Below, piece by piece: positions 63,192 to 64,000 of a stretch of DNA of 64,000 nucleotides; within the stretch, counting starts at the first letter, position 1, and the number at the start of each line of letters is the position of its first letter. This DNA comes from Eubacteriales bacterium (lineage in GTDB: Bacteria; Bacillota; Clostridia; Christensenellales; CAG-917). A model generated the notes under the pieces. The model was not told the DNA's origin. It worked only from the letters and a program-made list of their open reading frames with translations, and did no database searches. A program made the position numbers and the translations under genes. The stretch spans positions 4,414-68,413 of the forward strand of contig DAOTKC010000004.1 of assembly GCA_035449045.1 (NCBI GenBank), given 5' to 3'.

Positions 63192-64000
63192 ATGTCGGAT
63201 TTTTTTGAGGATAACGCGGGAGGGAGCATTGTAAATTTAGCGATTGACCTCATCGATGCCAACCCCGAACAGGCAAGAAAAAATTTCGACGATGAAAAAC
63301 TCTCCGAACTTGCCTCTTCCATCAAGAGCGTGGGCGTGTTGAATCCGATTTTGGTCTACCGCGAGGGCGACAGGTTCACCATCATCGCGGGCGAGCGAAG
63401 ATACCGCGCCTGCAAAAAGCTGGGGCTGACTGCCATTCCCGCCATAATCCACGAGGCCGACGAGCGTGAGTCGAGCAAAAAGTCGCTCATCGAAAACCTG
63501 CAGCGCGAGGATTTAAATCCCATCGAGGCAGCCGAGGCAATCTCCGACCTTATAGAGAAAAATAAGATGACGCAGGACGAGGTCGCGAGAGAAATAGGCA
63601 AGGCGCGCTCCACCGTCACCAACCTTTTAAGGCTTTTGATGCTTCCCGTCGAGGTCATCGACATGGTCAGAAACCGCGAGCTTTCGGCCGGCCACGCCAG
63701 ATGCTTGGTCGTCATCGACGACAAGGACGTTTTAATCTCCTTCGCCAAAATGGCGGTGTCGGGCAAGCTTTCCGTCCACGACCTAGAAACACGGGTTAAG
63801 CTCTACTTCACGAGGAAACAGATTCCGCAGGGCCCTCGCGCCGGCAAGCCCGCCCAAAGCCGCGAGCTCAAAGAGCTCGTCAGCGATATGAAGCGCATCT
63901 TCGCCACCAAAGTGAAAGTGGTCGGCAACGATAAAAAGGGCAGAATTTACATAGACTATTTTTCCGCCGACGACCTTCAGCGGATTTACGAGCTTATGCA
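63192..64000 (+). CDS. ParB/Spo0J/Noc family protein (partial, runs off the window end)
   Basis: Not in the ORF track. My translation is MSDFFEDNAGGSIVNLAIDLIDANPEQARKNFDDEKLSELASSIKSVGVLNPILVYREGDRFTIIAGERRYRACKKLGL...IENLQREDLNPIEAAEA...HTH...SAGHARCL. AGGAGG SD. Confidence 0.85.
   Translation, partial: MSDFFEDNAGGSIVNLAIDLIDANPEQARKNFDDEKLSELASSIKSVGVLNPILVYREGDRFTIIAGERRYRACKKLGLTAIPAIIHEADERESSKKSLIENLQREDLNPIEAAEAISDLIEKNKMTQDEVAREIGKARSTVTNLLRLLMLPVEVIDMVRNRELSAGHARCLVVIDDKDVLISFAKMAVSGKLSVHDLETRVKLYFTRKQIPQGPRAGKPAQSRELKELVSDMKRIFATKVKVVGNDKKGRIYIDYFSADDLQRIYELM

Overview
This window is the replication-origin region of a moderately GC-rich, Firmicutes/Clostridia-like chromosome, and it is almost entirely housekeeping. 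It contains: mnmE(partial)-jag-yidC-yidD-rnpA-rpmH; argS; uppP; ychF; a glycyl-radical enzyme with its activase; dnaN-dnaA (minus strand) divergent from recF-gyrB-gyrA (plus strand); a stand-alone condensation-domain protein; two convergent GH13 alpha-glucosidase paralogs; a phosphohexomutase; trxB; dut; an lplA-lpd-gcvT-gcvH-gcvPA-gcvPB block; a split chromate-transporter pair; a two-gene surface-protein operon; a ZIP transporter; glxK; gltX; radC; peptidases; an archaeal-type three-gene glutamate synthase; proS; ung; and a partial parB/noc-like gene. I found no tRNA, rRNA, CRISPR array, transposase, integrase or prophage genes. I also found no clear multi-gene candidate for an undescribed system such as a defence island. 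The unusual content is mostly non-coding: (1) a DnaA-box/GC-cluster/DnaA-trio module in the dnaA-dnaN spacer beside a strongly G-depleted tract; (2) a 52-bp dnaA/recF spacer holding back-to-back promoters that predict leaderless mRNAs for both genes; (3) tandem repeat arrays that end in the Shine-Dalgarno sequences of gyrB and of the glycyl-radical enzyme; (4) a dispersed about 55-110-bp intergenic repeat family at four loci; (5) a 1.5-kb ORF-free region carrying three parS-like sites; (6) four direct parS half-sites over the parB-like promoter. The glycyl-radical enzyme cluster has no assignable substrate and is the best candidate for new enzymology. All calls come from reading the sequence and from remembered family motifs; no searches were run.
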